This document shows positions 45,401-58,347 of a stretch of 64,000 nt of DNA, in pieces (position 1 is the stretch's first letter; each line of letters starts with the position of its first letter). Position numbers and translations under genes: made by a program. Where the stretch lies: assembly GCA_003971905.1 (NCBI GenBank), contig RSEE01000044.1:124001-188000 (forward strand), in the 5' to 3' direction. This DNA is from Moniliella sp. 'wahieum' (lineage: Eukaryota). The notes below the pieces were generated by a model that saw only the letters and a program-made list of their open reading frames with translations, had not been told where the DNA came from and made no database searches.

Positions 45401-46162
45401 GCAGAGTGAATGCAAGCACGGGAATATACCTCGTCCGAAACGGTGAGGAATCCGGCATCGGACATGATCGTGTCGGTGATGCCCGAACCAGACCAGGCAT
45501 GCACGGCACATCGGCATGTTGGGCAACAATGGTAGAGGAGATCTTGTCGCCGAGGGAACGCATCGCAGAGCCTGGGGCCCAATGAAGATGATCTTGCTCT
45601 CTGCCAGCTGTTCGGGCACCTTGGGTTCTCGGACGCGTGGCCCCTGTTCTGAATGTCAGCAACCAATGCGGGAAAGGGAGAAAAAAGGATGCGTGACGTA
45701 CCAGCCAGCCCAGACTGCATGGACGCCAGCGCGCTCGGCAATGTCTACGATAAGGTCCACGTTGGCATAGTTGTTGTTGTTGGAGCCGCCGGGGACCTCG
45801 ACATATTGGTCGGCCATGCGGATGTACTCGGCGTTGACCGAGAGATCTTCGGGGGTGGCCATGACGACAAACTCAATGGCACGCTCCAGTCCGAACGTTT
45901 CGTACGCCCACTTGCGAATGGAGCGGATCTCTTTGACGGCAGCAATGCCGTTGTTGCAGATGAGGACGCGGGTGATGACCGAGTGGCCAGCATGTTGCTT
46001 GACAAAGTCGGTCACCGCCGAGGGCGTGGCGGTCTCGACCGGGTTGCCGCCTGGGGGGGGCAGATGGGAAGTCAGCATGCGAAAGGGGACGGATGGATGG
46101 ATGGATGGATGCGGTGTGTACGCACCGACAAAGTGGGATCCAGGTGGCGGGTCGGCCTGCAT
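39450..46162 (-). CDS. ACC1: Acetyl-CoA carboxylase
   Basis: BC domain ([60 protein letters not shown]), biotinyl motif EVMKM and CT domain ([34 protein letters not shown]). It ends ..[12 protein letters not shown] at 39450-39452. Introns lie near 46052-46123, 45644-45701 and 40748-40812. Confidence 0.99.
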
Positions 46163-47893
46163 GACGGCGAGGTGGGGGGAGGGGGAGGGGGAGGGTGGTG
46201 GTGGGGGGGGGGGGGTACAGAGAGACAGCGACTGAATATTGATTGCGCTGTGTGGCTGCTATACGCACACCTGCACGGGCGCCGCGCCTGCTTGGTGCGG
46301 ATGCAGTGTGCACGTGAGGATCCAAGCGGACGATCGATGTCGATGAGGCCCCGAGGTTCGTTGGGGGCATCTGCTGATGCATCACGCATCCCATGTCACA
46401 TCCCCCATCACAGCCTGCCTGCACGGGGCCACTGCCGCCACCGAGCCCAACCTTGGCTTTGCCTCCGTGCGCCGTACTGCAGGCTGGGTGCTGCCCTGCA
46501 AATAGCCGCACCCCGTGCACGCAGCCTTGCCCAACGCACACACACTGCGCCGGTGCCGGGATGCATCCCATGGGATGCAGTGCGCAGCCACCCGTTTTGT
46601 TCCGAACCAGGCCGCAGCACTAGGCCTCACCTCGGATGGCATATTGAACTATTGAACGTTGAACGCTGAGCCGAGGCACAGAGACCACGGGAAAGGGCGA
46701 CCGCCGCTGCGGCCCCGAGCACCGACACCCGAGCACCGAGCGCCGCTTGCGGCGTTGGTGCAGTGCTGTGGGCCGCGTGAGCCGCATGGGCTTCGCTGGC
46801 TGCTGGTGGCTGGCAACCGAACCACACAGCCTGCCGCCTCCCCCATCGCTGGACTGGGCCACACCCGCTGAGGCCACGCCAGGCCCCACGACAGCCCCCA
46901 TCGTTTGCGCTAGGCAGCACACCAGCTCGCTCCCGTCCGCCGGCCAGCCGTCCCTTGCAGCATCGTCCAGCCGATATGCAGCCTCAAGCGTGATCTATGA
47001 CCAATGACGGAGAACAGGTGGGGTCCCCCGAGACATGCCGCAAACCATCCGGTGCCCAACACCCACACTGTCTCTGGCTCGGCCTCCCGCCAGCCCGTGT
47101 GCCCCCGCACCACCCACCTCGCCCACCCAACCTCACCATGCCCAACCAAATCCCATCTCCCAATCCCATTGTCTGCCTCGCCTTCCCATCCGTCCGCAGC
47201 ATGATGCGTGGTGCATGACCGCCCACCCTCCACACCTTCCATCGATCATTCTTGTCATGGACCCGTGGGCCTGGGTCTGGTGTGGAAGAAACTGTCCCAC
47301 TCGCATCACTGGCCCCTGCGCAGCCCCATCACGCTTCCGTTCCCCAAAGCAGGTACGCCCGGTAGGAGCCCAAGCATCCAAGCAAGTTTTCGTTGAGGAC
47401 AACCGGCTCCGCAAGGAGCGACGGTCCTTAGTGGTCATACAGAGGCGGTTCAGCTCTCCTGTTCAAACGCAAAGAGGCAGCGCCCAACATTTTGCTTGGT
47501 GCTGTGGGTGCCCTGCCTCAGCCGTAGGGGTTACGGGACGGGGGTGAGCTGGAAAAGCCTCTGAAATGAGGGTGTAGGAACTGGATCGGTTGTTACTGAC
47601 CAGTGCGGGCCCAACAGACACTTGCCACCAGACACGCATCTAATACCTCGAAACGTCATGTAAAGCGTTGATGTCTCTCATATATACCTCTGGGTTCTCT
47701 TACTCTTTGAGAGCCAGCATAGTCCCGGCCTCTCTCATCTAAGTGCGCAATTTGTCTGGCATTTCGACAGCCGGGCCAAGTGTGGGCAAACCATGCGGGA
47801 TGCGGGTTGTTTTGGGGATGCATTAATTGGTCTTCCCCCATGCTACACCCGACAAGGGAGAGGGGAAGAGGACGGGAAGGGGGTAGCCCAGCC

Positions 47894-49177
47894 TTAGTGC
47901 TTGGGCGGGTTGTACTGCAGCCTGCGGTTGGTGATCGAGGCCCACTTGTACCTCTTGACCCAGATGGAGAGAGCAAGCATGGTGGAAGCGATGATCATGT
48001 ACTGCATTCCCATTTTCTTGCGCTCATCGTGCTCGGGCGAAGCGGCCCAGCTGAGGAACGTGACCACGTCCTTGGCCATCTGCGACGTGGCTGGTGTACC
48101 GTCCTCGTACTCCACCAGCCCATCAAACAGTACCCGCGCCATACCAATCTGCGTACCAGGAAGTACGGGTTGAAGTTCATCCCCGGGCACGTGCACGCCG
48201 GCTGGTGGGTCGACATAGCCCGTCAAGAGGGAGAAGATGTAGTCGGCGCCCGAGTGACGCGCCTTGACCATCAACGACAGGTCCGGAGGAAGCGCACCTG
48301 GTTCGCCGCACGCGACGCCTCGTCGTTCGGGTACGGTGAAGGAATGTAGTCGGCACTTACCCGGCCGGGTAAACATCTCACCCTCATCGTTCGGTCCATC
48401 CTGGTACTCGTAGTCCGCTGCGATCTCCTTCACCTCGTCGACAGTATGCGAAACGCCGACCAAGTGCGCCACGCAATCCGCGTCAGCGAGTGGCACGACG
48501 CGCACACTTCGCGGTACACCTGGAAACCACGACGGATCGATGCATGGTCGTACGTCTCAAAGTGACCGAGGTGAGGCCAAGGGTAGGCGGTCGGGTGCAC
48601 CCTTCGTCTTCTCGTTCGCGCTCACAGCGGGAAGGAACGGCCTCGCCAAACATCGTGGCGTACAGGGCAATCCCACCCACCACCGCAGCCGTAGAGGTAT
48701 ACGCTGCGGTGCGCGACGCCCAAAACGGAGCTTGGGCTTGCGCCGCATTGCTGGCCGTCGAGGCAAACCGAGTCTGTGACAGAGAAAAGAAAGGCAAGTT
48801 AGCCGCACTGCCTGGGACCATGCGCCCACAGCTCAGCCTGAACGTGGATGCGGAGTGTTGCGGGGTTGAGACAGATCGTGCAGAAGGAGCGCCGCGCGTT
48901 CTTCCCTTCCCAGCCCCCCCCCAAAACCTCCTTCCCAATCAGATCGAAAGAAAGGATCCAAAAAGAGAGTGCAAGTTGAAGGATGGGACCCACATCGGGG
49001 TACTCGTTCGATCCGAACGAGGCAAACCTCCTGAGCAAGGGAGGGAGTAGGGGGAGCCAGGACCATGTCCACCGCGTTCGTTCGGGCATCATCGATTCCT
49101 GACAAGACAAGATGGACTTACCCCTTGGGGCCGGCGATCGAAGCGCGGCTGAACGCCGTACGGAGTAAGGATGCCAT
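47894..49177 (-). CDS. CYT1: Cytochrome c1 (complex III)
   Basis: Exon 1 presequence [19 protein letters not shown] (ATG 49177), intron about 49121-48774 (GTAAGT..GCTAAC..CAG), TRFAST, heme motif [36 protein letters not shown] and C-terminal anchor ..[22 protein letters not shown]. Confidence 0.97.
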
Positions 49178-49558
49178 GAGGTACGCCTGGCGAGGTGGTC
49201 GGAGGAAGACCTTTCCTGTGTACTCAGAACTCGGACCGAGTGGAAGCAGGCACCACCCCTTTTGCTTACCAACGACCACCCTCAACCCTAGCGGAGACCC
49301 TACCGTCCCGCGTCCTGGTCATCTTGTTGAGTTGCTGGCGCAGGCGCACGGAAGCTGCTCCCGCCGGATTTGTAATTAGTAACCCTATTGCATTCCGATT
49401 CCATTAATAATTGCAGTAGGCACCAGGATCCGCAACGGGTCAGTGGCAGGCAGCCCAGCAGGCCAGTTTGACACCTCAGTCTGAGTACTCACTGCCTGTC
49501 GTCGTGGCTGCAGCCGCACCATTACTCTCCTCAACCACATCTCGAGTGCTCAGCGACC

Positions 49559-50097
49559 ATGTTCAACAACCCGTACGCTTCTCTGCTATCCCGTAGACGG
49601 TTCGGACTAACCCTGCTCGTTCCAGTAACCATTATTGCCAAGCAGCGCATGTTGCAGTCCAGCCTCAAGCCGGTGTACCAGCGCGGCCCGCATGCTAACT
49701 TCCACATCAGTGCGTATTGTTGTTGTCCTGTCCCGCTCAGTGTTTGATGACACGATCGAGAAGGCCCGGAATACCTCTCTCGTTTGCCCTTCGTCTCACT
49801 ATGCCATATCCTGATGGTCGGAGCGCAAGAAGGATGACGCCCGGCTCATCCTCTCCCCATATCCCTTGTCCAGTTCATGTGGTGTGCACCTACTGACATG
49901 CGTTTGTGTAGCGGCAAAGAAGGTGTTGTTCTTCAGCCTTGCTGGCCTCACGATTCTCAACTTCCCCAACTTGGTTTTGGTACGTGCTTCCGCTTGCTTT
50001 GCTCCTTCGGTTAGTGTCGTCTCGACTGACCTCGCTCCATTGCCATTGGGGCTTTCTTGGGACAAATCAGAACAAGAAGGAGACCAAGTCGGAGTAA
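49559..50097 (+). CDS. COX7: Cytochrome c oxidase subunit 7 (Cox7/VIIa-like), 4 exons
   Basis: Exons 49559-49572, 49626-49709, 49912-49979 and 50071-50097, all with canonical GT..CTRAC..YAG introns. With one missing base restored it reads MFNNPN(T)IIAKQRMLQSSLKPVYQRGPHANFHITAKKVLFFSLAGLTILNFPNLVLNKKETKSE*, resembling yeast Cox7 (NKVIQLQKIFQSSTKPLWWRHP..IPNAIRG). Confidence 0.85.
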
Positions 50098-51270
50098 TCA
50101 GCTTCGCTGACTTTGATGGGCTCGTTCATGCATGTACCCCCATTCCCATTTGGCCCACAGATCTACGCCCCCAATCCAACGTGTACAGATTCCCCTACCA
50201 TCCTGACCTTCCAGACCAGGCTGTCTCCTGGCGAGACTGTGTGGCTACACCTGCGCCTGATCAATTTCCTGCCCACTGGTTCAGGAGACTCGAGCAGGAT
50301 GGCGTGCAGGGATGGCGTCTGTCAGGGTGAGACACCGACACGATGCAGTTGTGGTCATACCCTCCCCTGAATCCTTTCTGGATAGGGTGGGCAGGGGGCG
50401 CCACTACCTCAGAAACCAACCGGCTTCGATCAAGATACTCCACAGACGAGACAGGTTAGTCCGAGGTCGCGTCCCTCAGTCTGAATCCCCATGTCAGGGC
50501 TGCCCAAGCGCTCAGGGCGTATCTCAGGACAAGTAATCTAGCCTGTCGCCTGCTCGCTACCGTGAGTGTACTCGATATGTATCCGTGGCATTTGCGCTTG
50601 GTTGAAACGCCTCTGCGGTCTGGGGAATGCGCAACGGCGGACATGGAAAGAGACGGTGCTACGCTTTGCAGGTCGCTTTGTGAAGAAAATGTAACGTCGT
50701 TAAGGTTCAAAGTTCGACGATATAAGGGCAACGAGTTGAGGCTCAACTTTCATCGACCATCTCGATCATCAACCCCCCTGGTGCGCTCAAGCCTCAAAGC
50801 GCTCAAGAAGGATCTGATTGCCAAACTGAGGGCAAGGCAAGGGTAGGCGTTGTGGGGAGTGTGAAACCCCGCAGTGTAAGCTGATTAGCGATTCATGCCT
50901 GTTTTCGCTTGTACACGAATTACGACATGGGTTTCACCATCTTGGGCAACTTGATCGTACGCCTTTCGCGTTACGCCCACGCCACGCGTTACGAGGTACG
51001 GCGCATGGTGCGGGCGATGGCAGGATGGATGCTGCATCAAAATTCAACGCACCCCAGCTGGAGCGTTCATGGTCACGTGCCACGCGCGTCACGCACGCCA
51101 GGCGCTCAGGCTTCCTGAGGCTGAGATGCAGGAGCTGTTGCGCGTGGTTGGATGGGGCTTTAAGCTTTTGGCTTTAAGCTTTACGTACGTAAACTCCACT
51201 GGGCTTTTTTTTTTTTTTTTTCGGCCGCTTCTGACGTTGTGAGATCCATCAAGCTGGAGGAGTGTTAGTG

Positions 51271-51470
51271 ACTAGTGAGATCTGAGAAACGACGCGTGAC
51301 GTGTGACATGTGACGCGTCACTCACACGTGATGCAGTGGCTGGACAGTGTAGTGATTAATGATTGGAGTCAGTGGTGAGCTCACTGATGATCGATGATCC
51401 CGGTGACCGGTGACTCGCTGGCGAAGGAATATGGATGGTAGACGTTAGACGATGATCGATGATCGATGAT
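51271..51470. repeat. Cluster of 6-bp palindromes chained at 7-bp period
   Basis: ACTAGT-g-AGATCT (51271-51283), ACGCGT-g-ACGTGT-g-ACATGT-g-ACGCGT (51292-51318) and ATCGAT-g-ATCGAT (51455-51467). Confidence 0.85.
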
Positions 51471-52493
51471 AATGAACTTAAATTTGGTATTTGCGATACG
51501 CTATCAGACTGGCGCTGTGCAGGAGGGCGGCGGCCATGTCCGGGAGGTGTTGCGGAGATAGACATGCGATCGGTGACCGATGGTTGACGGGCGATGAGGT
51601 GGTGGCCATGGATGACAGAATGATGGCGCTGATGGATGATCGATCGATGACATCGATGACATCGATGACAGGTGCCCTGGTGACGCAGTGCGGGGATGCA
51701 GGCAACAGGGCAAGGAAGGTGCGCCCGGAAGATAACCCTGAGCGACGAGGGGACCGCTGGGAAACCCCGTGCTCCACACGGTGCACCCTTGGTCTCCACC
51801 CCGCTTGTGCCGCACGCGCGCGGCGTTGGCAGGCGACAGACAGCACCCTGCGACGCCCCTCCGACCTCCTTCCTCAACAGGCCAGTTTCAGCACCTGTCG
51901 GGAACCCTAACCCCAAGTGGGCGCCGTTGCATACCATTGGCATTCCCCGGCCTGGTCCCATCTCTACGCGGCACTCGCACACACAACTCACAACTCACAT
52001 CTCAGACTCGGATCTCAGAACTCTTCACGAGCCGATTCGCTGCAGAAAGCCTCACTGGGCGGGTCCCTGTGGGTGCCCAAGCCCCCCTCTGGGCCTGTTC
52101 GTGATCGAGCCCAAGGCCTGGCTGGGCCGCACGCCCCAGGCACCTAAGGCCCAAGGCCTCATTCCGTCTCAGATCTCATCCATCGTCGATCCCAGGCGCC
52201 TCAGGCCTCGAGCGGCGCAGAGCCGCGGGAACGCAGGTCCAAAGCTGACAAGCTGTCATGCATGTCAAACTTCAACCTTCAATTCAAGCTTCAAACGCCC
52301 AGCTATAGGGCGTTCCTTCCGAACAGCGCTGCCAGCATTCTGCCTGTGCGGTGCCTCCTTGTTCCGGCAATAGCCAACCACTACCACCACCACTACCACC
52401 ACCACCCCCGCCGCCGCCGCCACCACCCCACCACTACCGCTTGCTGCTACCTTTCACTGCTGGGTGCCGCTGTCAGAGCCTCCTCGCCGCGCA

Positions 52494-55400
52494 TGGCCTC
52501 TTCTGCGAGTCGCCGCGGCGACAGCCCCTCTGTCCCGCCATCACCCAGTCGGCCCCTACCTTCGCTCCTTCACCACTTGCCGCTCCGGCCGCCCCAGTCG
52601 TCTCGCCCCTCACACCCCGCGGTGGGTCAGGTGGCCAAGCCACCCCTGATGCTGATGCTACCCCAACAGCTCGCCCTTGCGCTAAATCTGCCTTGGGAGG
52701 ACAGCGACGTGAACAGTGCCAATCCTGTTCCTGCTCGCGACGACTCCCAGGACCAGCTGGACCAGCGCAGTCGCGCATCCCACTCTCGACTGGGCTTCTG
52801 GATCGGATCAGGCGGCGCATACGCTCACACCCCTTCTGAATGCGTTCCCCGTACCAACCTTTCCCGTCCGCCCCCCCTTCTCCACTACGACTCAACTCCC
52901 GCCAGACGATGCTACTGATCCTGCTGTGTCTGCTTCGGCCCTGCCAGACTCGACGGGAAGGTCTACTCCATCCCCGAGCTCGAAGATGCCTTGATGCCAG
53001 GATCATTAGCCTCTAGGCGATCCTCTTCTCGCATCCTTGAGCGAAGGTCCGTTGTGGGACTGAAGGAGCTGGTCTTAGTTTCAGCCAAGCACACTTCCCT
53101 TCGCAGCACACTTCGCCTTATTTGGACCAACCTGGGTCTTTGTCTCCCAATGCCCCTTTGGGAACACCTTCACCCACAGCCCTGCCGGCATTCATGCTTC
53201 CATTTCTTTCCTCGCTCTGCTCTGCGCGAAGGGAGCACAGCGCCCAGTGTGGATGAGGTGGATCCCGCGCAAGCCTTCCATCCGCTACCACCACCCTGCC
53301 TCTGTGACTTCAGCGTCGGAAGCCGAACTCACTTCGACACCACGTTCTGCTCCTTTGACTGCAGCATTCAAGCGTGATAGGCCCTCGCGTGGGCAAAGGG
53401 GACAGGATACCGATCTGCCTCCAAGTGATTGGCGTCTGAGCCTGTTGGCACTCATGGGCCCCGTCAAAGATCCCTGCCCACCTTCGATTGATGATCATCC
53501 CAGTCTGGCTCTCAACAATCCACCCCTCGCTTGGGCTCCCTCCCGCTCCCTGGAACGCCTTGTCCTTTGATCCCCACCCGTCTCCACATCGCACACATTC
53601 GAGTTTGATGAGCCCTCATGATTCGAGTACCCCGCGCCGCACGCGGGCTACGCTTCATTCTTTGGATTTGTCTGTGGGACCAAATTTGCCGAATTTTCCG
53701 GTAGTCGAGTCTTCCTCCGATGGGCAAATGATGTCCTCTGACGAGCGTCGGGACCAAGGTCAAGAACCCCTGGAAAACTTGGAGCACGAGGTTGATTTTG
53801 GCTTGGGCCCCTGGGCTATGTCGTTGGAGGAGATTGATGTTGCCCAAAGTGGTCATCCTACTTCTTCGAGTACATTATCGTTCCCCTTGCCCAAGACCAA
53901 CCCCAGTTGGTTACCTTCCTCTTTCGAACGGCCGCTCGGGGTATGAGCCCACCCCAAGGTGGCGAAGTCCATCAGCAGCATGGATTGGCTCGGCCTCTTG
54001 AGGATCAGGTACCTACAAGTCTATCCCATCCTACTGTGGCTGATCCTAAAGGGCACCAGCCGGGGCATGGGACCAAGGCAGATGGCTCTACCTCTCTTCC
54101 TCCCGATCGCCTCTCTCTCTCTACAGTTTCATCTTCCACTGAGCCTGAAAGGGATGGGTCGGGACTGGTTCGGCCTCGGACTCTGTCCCCAGAACCGTCC
54201 TCAACGCCCTCGGGTATGGTTGGTTCGTTTGATCATCTTACGCGTTCGTCACCTCAGGAGGCTACTCCGGTGGTGTTCCTCCATATGGGACCTTCCTCTG
54301 TGGGTCTGGCTACACCGAGATTTACGGGCCAACGTCCACCAACTGTGCCCCAGGCCGACACAAGGAAGCAGGACCTTTGGTGGAGAAGCCCTCGGTGGAT
54401 ACTGATCCCTTGCGTCCCCTCCCCACAAGCCAAACCATCACTGATGAGAGATCAACTGCTTCTGAGATGGGTCTCTTCACTTCCCAAGTGGCTGCAACTT
54501 TTCATCCACGTCCTGAGGGGCATGCTGCTGAAACAGGATTGGAACGTTCTTCCCTGTACGAACCTAACACGGGGCATAGCTCTACCGTGTCACCGCCTGA
54601 ATCCGTGTCCGTACGACAAGGGATGGGGGATACGACGTGGGAGAGCACACCACAGTCTTCTCAGGTGGTCTCTCCCCCCCCGCAGTTGGTCAACCGGTCT
54701 GGCTCGCGGAGTCGCAAGCAGGGGAAAGGTGCACCTGCGAGCGCTTTGTGGACTTCTGCCGATGCAGAACAAACGAGATCGTCCTAAGTCCAACAACTCC
54801 CCGGTGGACTGGAGCACAAGCCCCGCAACGTACCCTGCAGATTCAGGGGGCTCCCAGGTTGCCACAGTTGTGCCTGATGCCCATGACGATGGGCTTGCGA
54901 GGGAGATTGTCCGGCAACGCGCAATGTTGGATCGGCAAACTCAGGAAATCGAGGTATGCCTTTCTTCCCTGGTTTCATGACCATTTCTCAATGCTGACAA
55001 CGTATGAAAGAATCTCCGTCGGGCCATCGCGAATCTCACTGGCGAATTGGACCAGCGAGTGGAAACAGCAGTGAGCGAGCGTTCCCGTCGTCGACGTTCC
55101 CGTTCATCGGAATGGTCTCGTCGAAAGATGGCAAGGTCTGGGTCCGGTCGGTCGCGTCGTTCGCCACCAAGAGTGAACACTACCAGTCCTCCTCGTCTTC
55201 GGGTCCGGACTCGGACGATTTGGAGGGGACGGGATCACGCCCTAGGACTTGCGACACCGGTCCAGTACGAGATCTCGTCGATGGTATGTTGAGCCTGATG
55301 ATGGTTCTCTCCCCGCGCCGTCTCGAGTTCCCTGATGCCGCGACTGGGCCTTGGACCCGGAAGGTGATTCTGATTTTCAAGCGGATGATCTTGTCCGATT

Positions 55401-57600
55401 TCACCGCTCTTTCGACTACCACCGGTCAAGCACCGGTCGGCCCCGTCGGTCGACAGATGCGCCCCGTCCTTCTCACGCCCGTTCAGGGCGAAAGAGTGCT
55501 CCTGGTCCGCGTCCTCACGACCTGGACAAGCTGGATTTATCCCCTTCTGGAAGCGGGTCCCGCCTCCTTTCTGGTAACAAGGATTGGCTTCTTTCGCCTC
55601 CCACTCGAGCCATGCGGCTTCCACTCTCGCCCGCCCAGGCGCATGCGCCATCTCTTTCTGGGAGTCGGCAGCAATCGCGTCAGGACCAAGAACGGCTGAG
55701 GCCAGAAGAAGGCGATAGCGGCAGGTGGATGGCCCACCCAGTCGCACCGATCCCGGGGGTCGCTCGCATCCGCTGCCCATGGCGTGGATAGAGATCCATC
55801 CTCCCTGTCAGAGGGAACAATTTGGACTCGTCTCCTGCCGGTCCTGGGCAAAACATCCCGCTGCCACAGGATTCAGCCCAAGTCGACGACTCATCCAACC
55901 GAATGGAGGTACTACGTTCCCCTTTAGAACCAGCGGCGGCCCGTGTACGCGGTGCGAGCGAGCCTGCGTTACCACCTCCGCCGTGGCTGCCTTCCCAATC
56001 GGCACCTTCAGTTCCTTACTGGGCTGGATTATACCCCCCCGCCGCGGTGATGCAGAATCCAGGCCAATACGGGTACGCCATTGCCGACCCTACAGCGTTA
56101 GCCCAGATTCGCGCCGACCTTACGAAAGGCAATTCTGATCCAACTGCCGCCTTTCTCAGCCCACCTCGGCATTGGTTCCTCACATTCCTGGGCCCTTTCC
56201 TCAGCCAGTGCTTGTCGACCCTCATGGCACACCCTATTATTTGGCACAGTCAGTGCCGGTTCTACAACCTCAGACCGCACCTGCGCCCCCCGTTCCTGCC
56301 ACTGACCCTCTCCCTCAAACCTCGTCCGCGTCTCAAGGCAAGCCATCACGGTTTGCGCGGCTTTGGGGCCGAGGGCACCTAGTCAGATCGTCCTGTCTGC
56401 GGGCTCCTGAGGAAGGACCGGTGCCCTCTCCACCTCGAACTCGATCGGCTCCTCCTTTGGCTGAGGGGCTGGCTCATTTTTCATCCCATGGGGCTCATGT
56501 ACGTTCTGACCCTGCTGCTCTTGGTCCCCTTCCTTCATCCCTGCTTTTTCTCGCTCCCCGACCGATTTTGTATCAGGTCTTTTCCTCTTATTTCAGAGTC
56601 CGTTGATTGCTAACGGATGTGTGCGTCTAGGTTGCCAGCGACAAGAATCGATGGACGACAAGCCCCATGCCAAGCTCAATGCCACCCGCCTTTGCCACCT
56701 TCATCCACCCTCCTGGTGCCCCCACCGTTCCAACTATACCCCCCCGTGACGCTAAGGGGGTGAGAAGCTCCCTTCTGAACCAGAGTTTCCACCTTCGCTC
56801 CCGCAAAGTGCCCCGAGCACACCTTCCATGGCCCGCAAACACAATCCGTCAATGTTCCGTAAGGTCCGCACCTTTACGGCCAAAACTCTTTCCGCTCGAC
56901 GAACTACAGATGCACCTTCTTCCTCTTCTTCGTCTTCCAATGGTCTGTCCGCGCCACCCTCTGCTGCCCCCCATCGTCAACCTACAATCACATCACCGCA
57001 CCCCCTGCTCCACCGACCCAACCTGTTCAAGCGGCACCTGTTTCTCCAGGGTCCCCGGCGCCGCCTTCGTCCACCCCAATGCGGCAACGCTTGTCGGGCC
57101 TCGATTTCGCATCCTTGTCCAATCCGCCCATTCTCGGTGGGCCGATTCCTACAAGCCCTGTGTTTGGCAAAGACCCCATATCGAGCCTCAACTTTGCGCA
57201 GGTCAATGAGCCCTTACCAACTCACTCGGTCCAACCCGACCTCTCCAACACAGACCCAACCCCGTTGGGTTGGCATTCTCTCCTTCCGCTTCCGCACATA
57301 CGCAGCAGTTACCTTCTATCCCCCACCCTTACCAACTCTCTCCTTCTCCTTCACTTATTGGTTCCAATCCGGCGTCGAGGGCACTGCGCGTGTCGGACCC
57401 CATTGCTCCCGGGGCCCAAAAGACTTCCCTTCCACCCCCTCGTCCTCCTGCCCCTCCCATTGGGCTGGGGGACTTGTCGAGCATGTACCCCGTCTCCTCG
57501 CCTTCAGCTTCGGCTTTAGCGTCTCCTAAGGCGGCGACGGCTGGCAATGGGCCTCTCCGACGTGGGACACTACCCTCCCCGGCCCGGTACAGAGACCTTT
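52494..57600 (+). CDS. Large hypothetical, mostly disordered Ser/Pro-rich protein with a short coiled coil
   Basis: Continuous chain of plus-strand ORFs from ATG 52494 (MASSASRRGD). The coiled coil LAREIVRQRAMLDRQTQEIE-NLRRAIANLTGELDQRVE is split by an intron from about 54954, and a second intron lies at about 56576-56630. The 3' end is uncertain. Confidence 0.5.
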
Positions 57601-58347
57601 CTCAGGCTATGGGACCCAGGCACAGACACCGAAGCCTACTGCACTCCAAGCCGTACCGCCCCACCACGCCCCTCGTCCATCTGGGACGGGACCATCAACG
57701 GCCACCCCCCGCGGCCACACCCATACCACCACTGCTTCTACCATTAGCCGGTACAGTGTGGATGCCCTAGGGGTGGTGCAGGTGATCGGGAGCCCGCCGA
57801 ACGCGGCACTGTCTTTACGCTAAAACCCTCCCCGCCTGCTCACCGGGCTGACAACCGTCGCTTGGTTCTGCGCATGTACAGTATATACATTACACTTCCT
57901 GTAGAGGTCCCACTCCTCCCCTTCTAATCTTTATTTCCCTCTAGCGTCTCCCCTCGTTTGTACCTGCGTTGGTAATGTGATAGAGCCAACCTCGCGCCGT
58001 TGCCCACGTCTTGCACTGGTAGGGTGAATGAGGACGGCATTCGCTTGGCCTCCTGCGACGAAACGTCCCGTACTTCCTCCAGTAAGGAGCCATGGGACGC
58101 GGTGCGACTCACTTGTACACGGCCCAAGGATGAAACAATTTGGGTGTACACGACTCAAGCGGGAGGATGGTAGCTTGAGCGACAGCAAGGATTCAAAACG
58201 TAAGGAAGCAAGCGCAGATCACACGAAAAAGAGGACGGTGGGCATGAACGATGCATTCGGCGTTGGCGCATCATGCATCATGCAGCACCAGCAAGGACGT
58301 CGAGTGGATAGTCACTTTCCACCTGGACAAACCGTCCACCACAGTAC

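Noticed and set aside
39450..46162. ACC1 and other broken genes as pseudogenes or programmed frameshift cases
   Set aside because: The breaks are numerous, scattered and present in all genes, with no amino-acid decay. Sequencing error is the simpler explanation.
49740..49820. Box C/D snoRNA in COX7 intron 2 (TTGATGA..CTGA)
   Set aside because: The box C is imperfect, there is no terminal stem, and I could not recognise an rRNA-complementary guide.
52378..52440. (CAC/CGC)n tract, plus (GCAGAC)n near 8540-8575 and poly-T at 51205-51221
   Set aside because: These are ordinary microsatellites and homopolymers.
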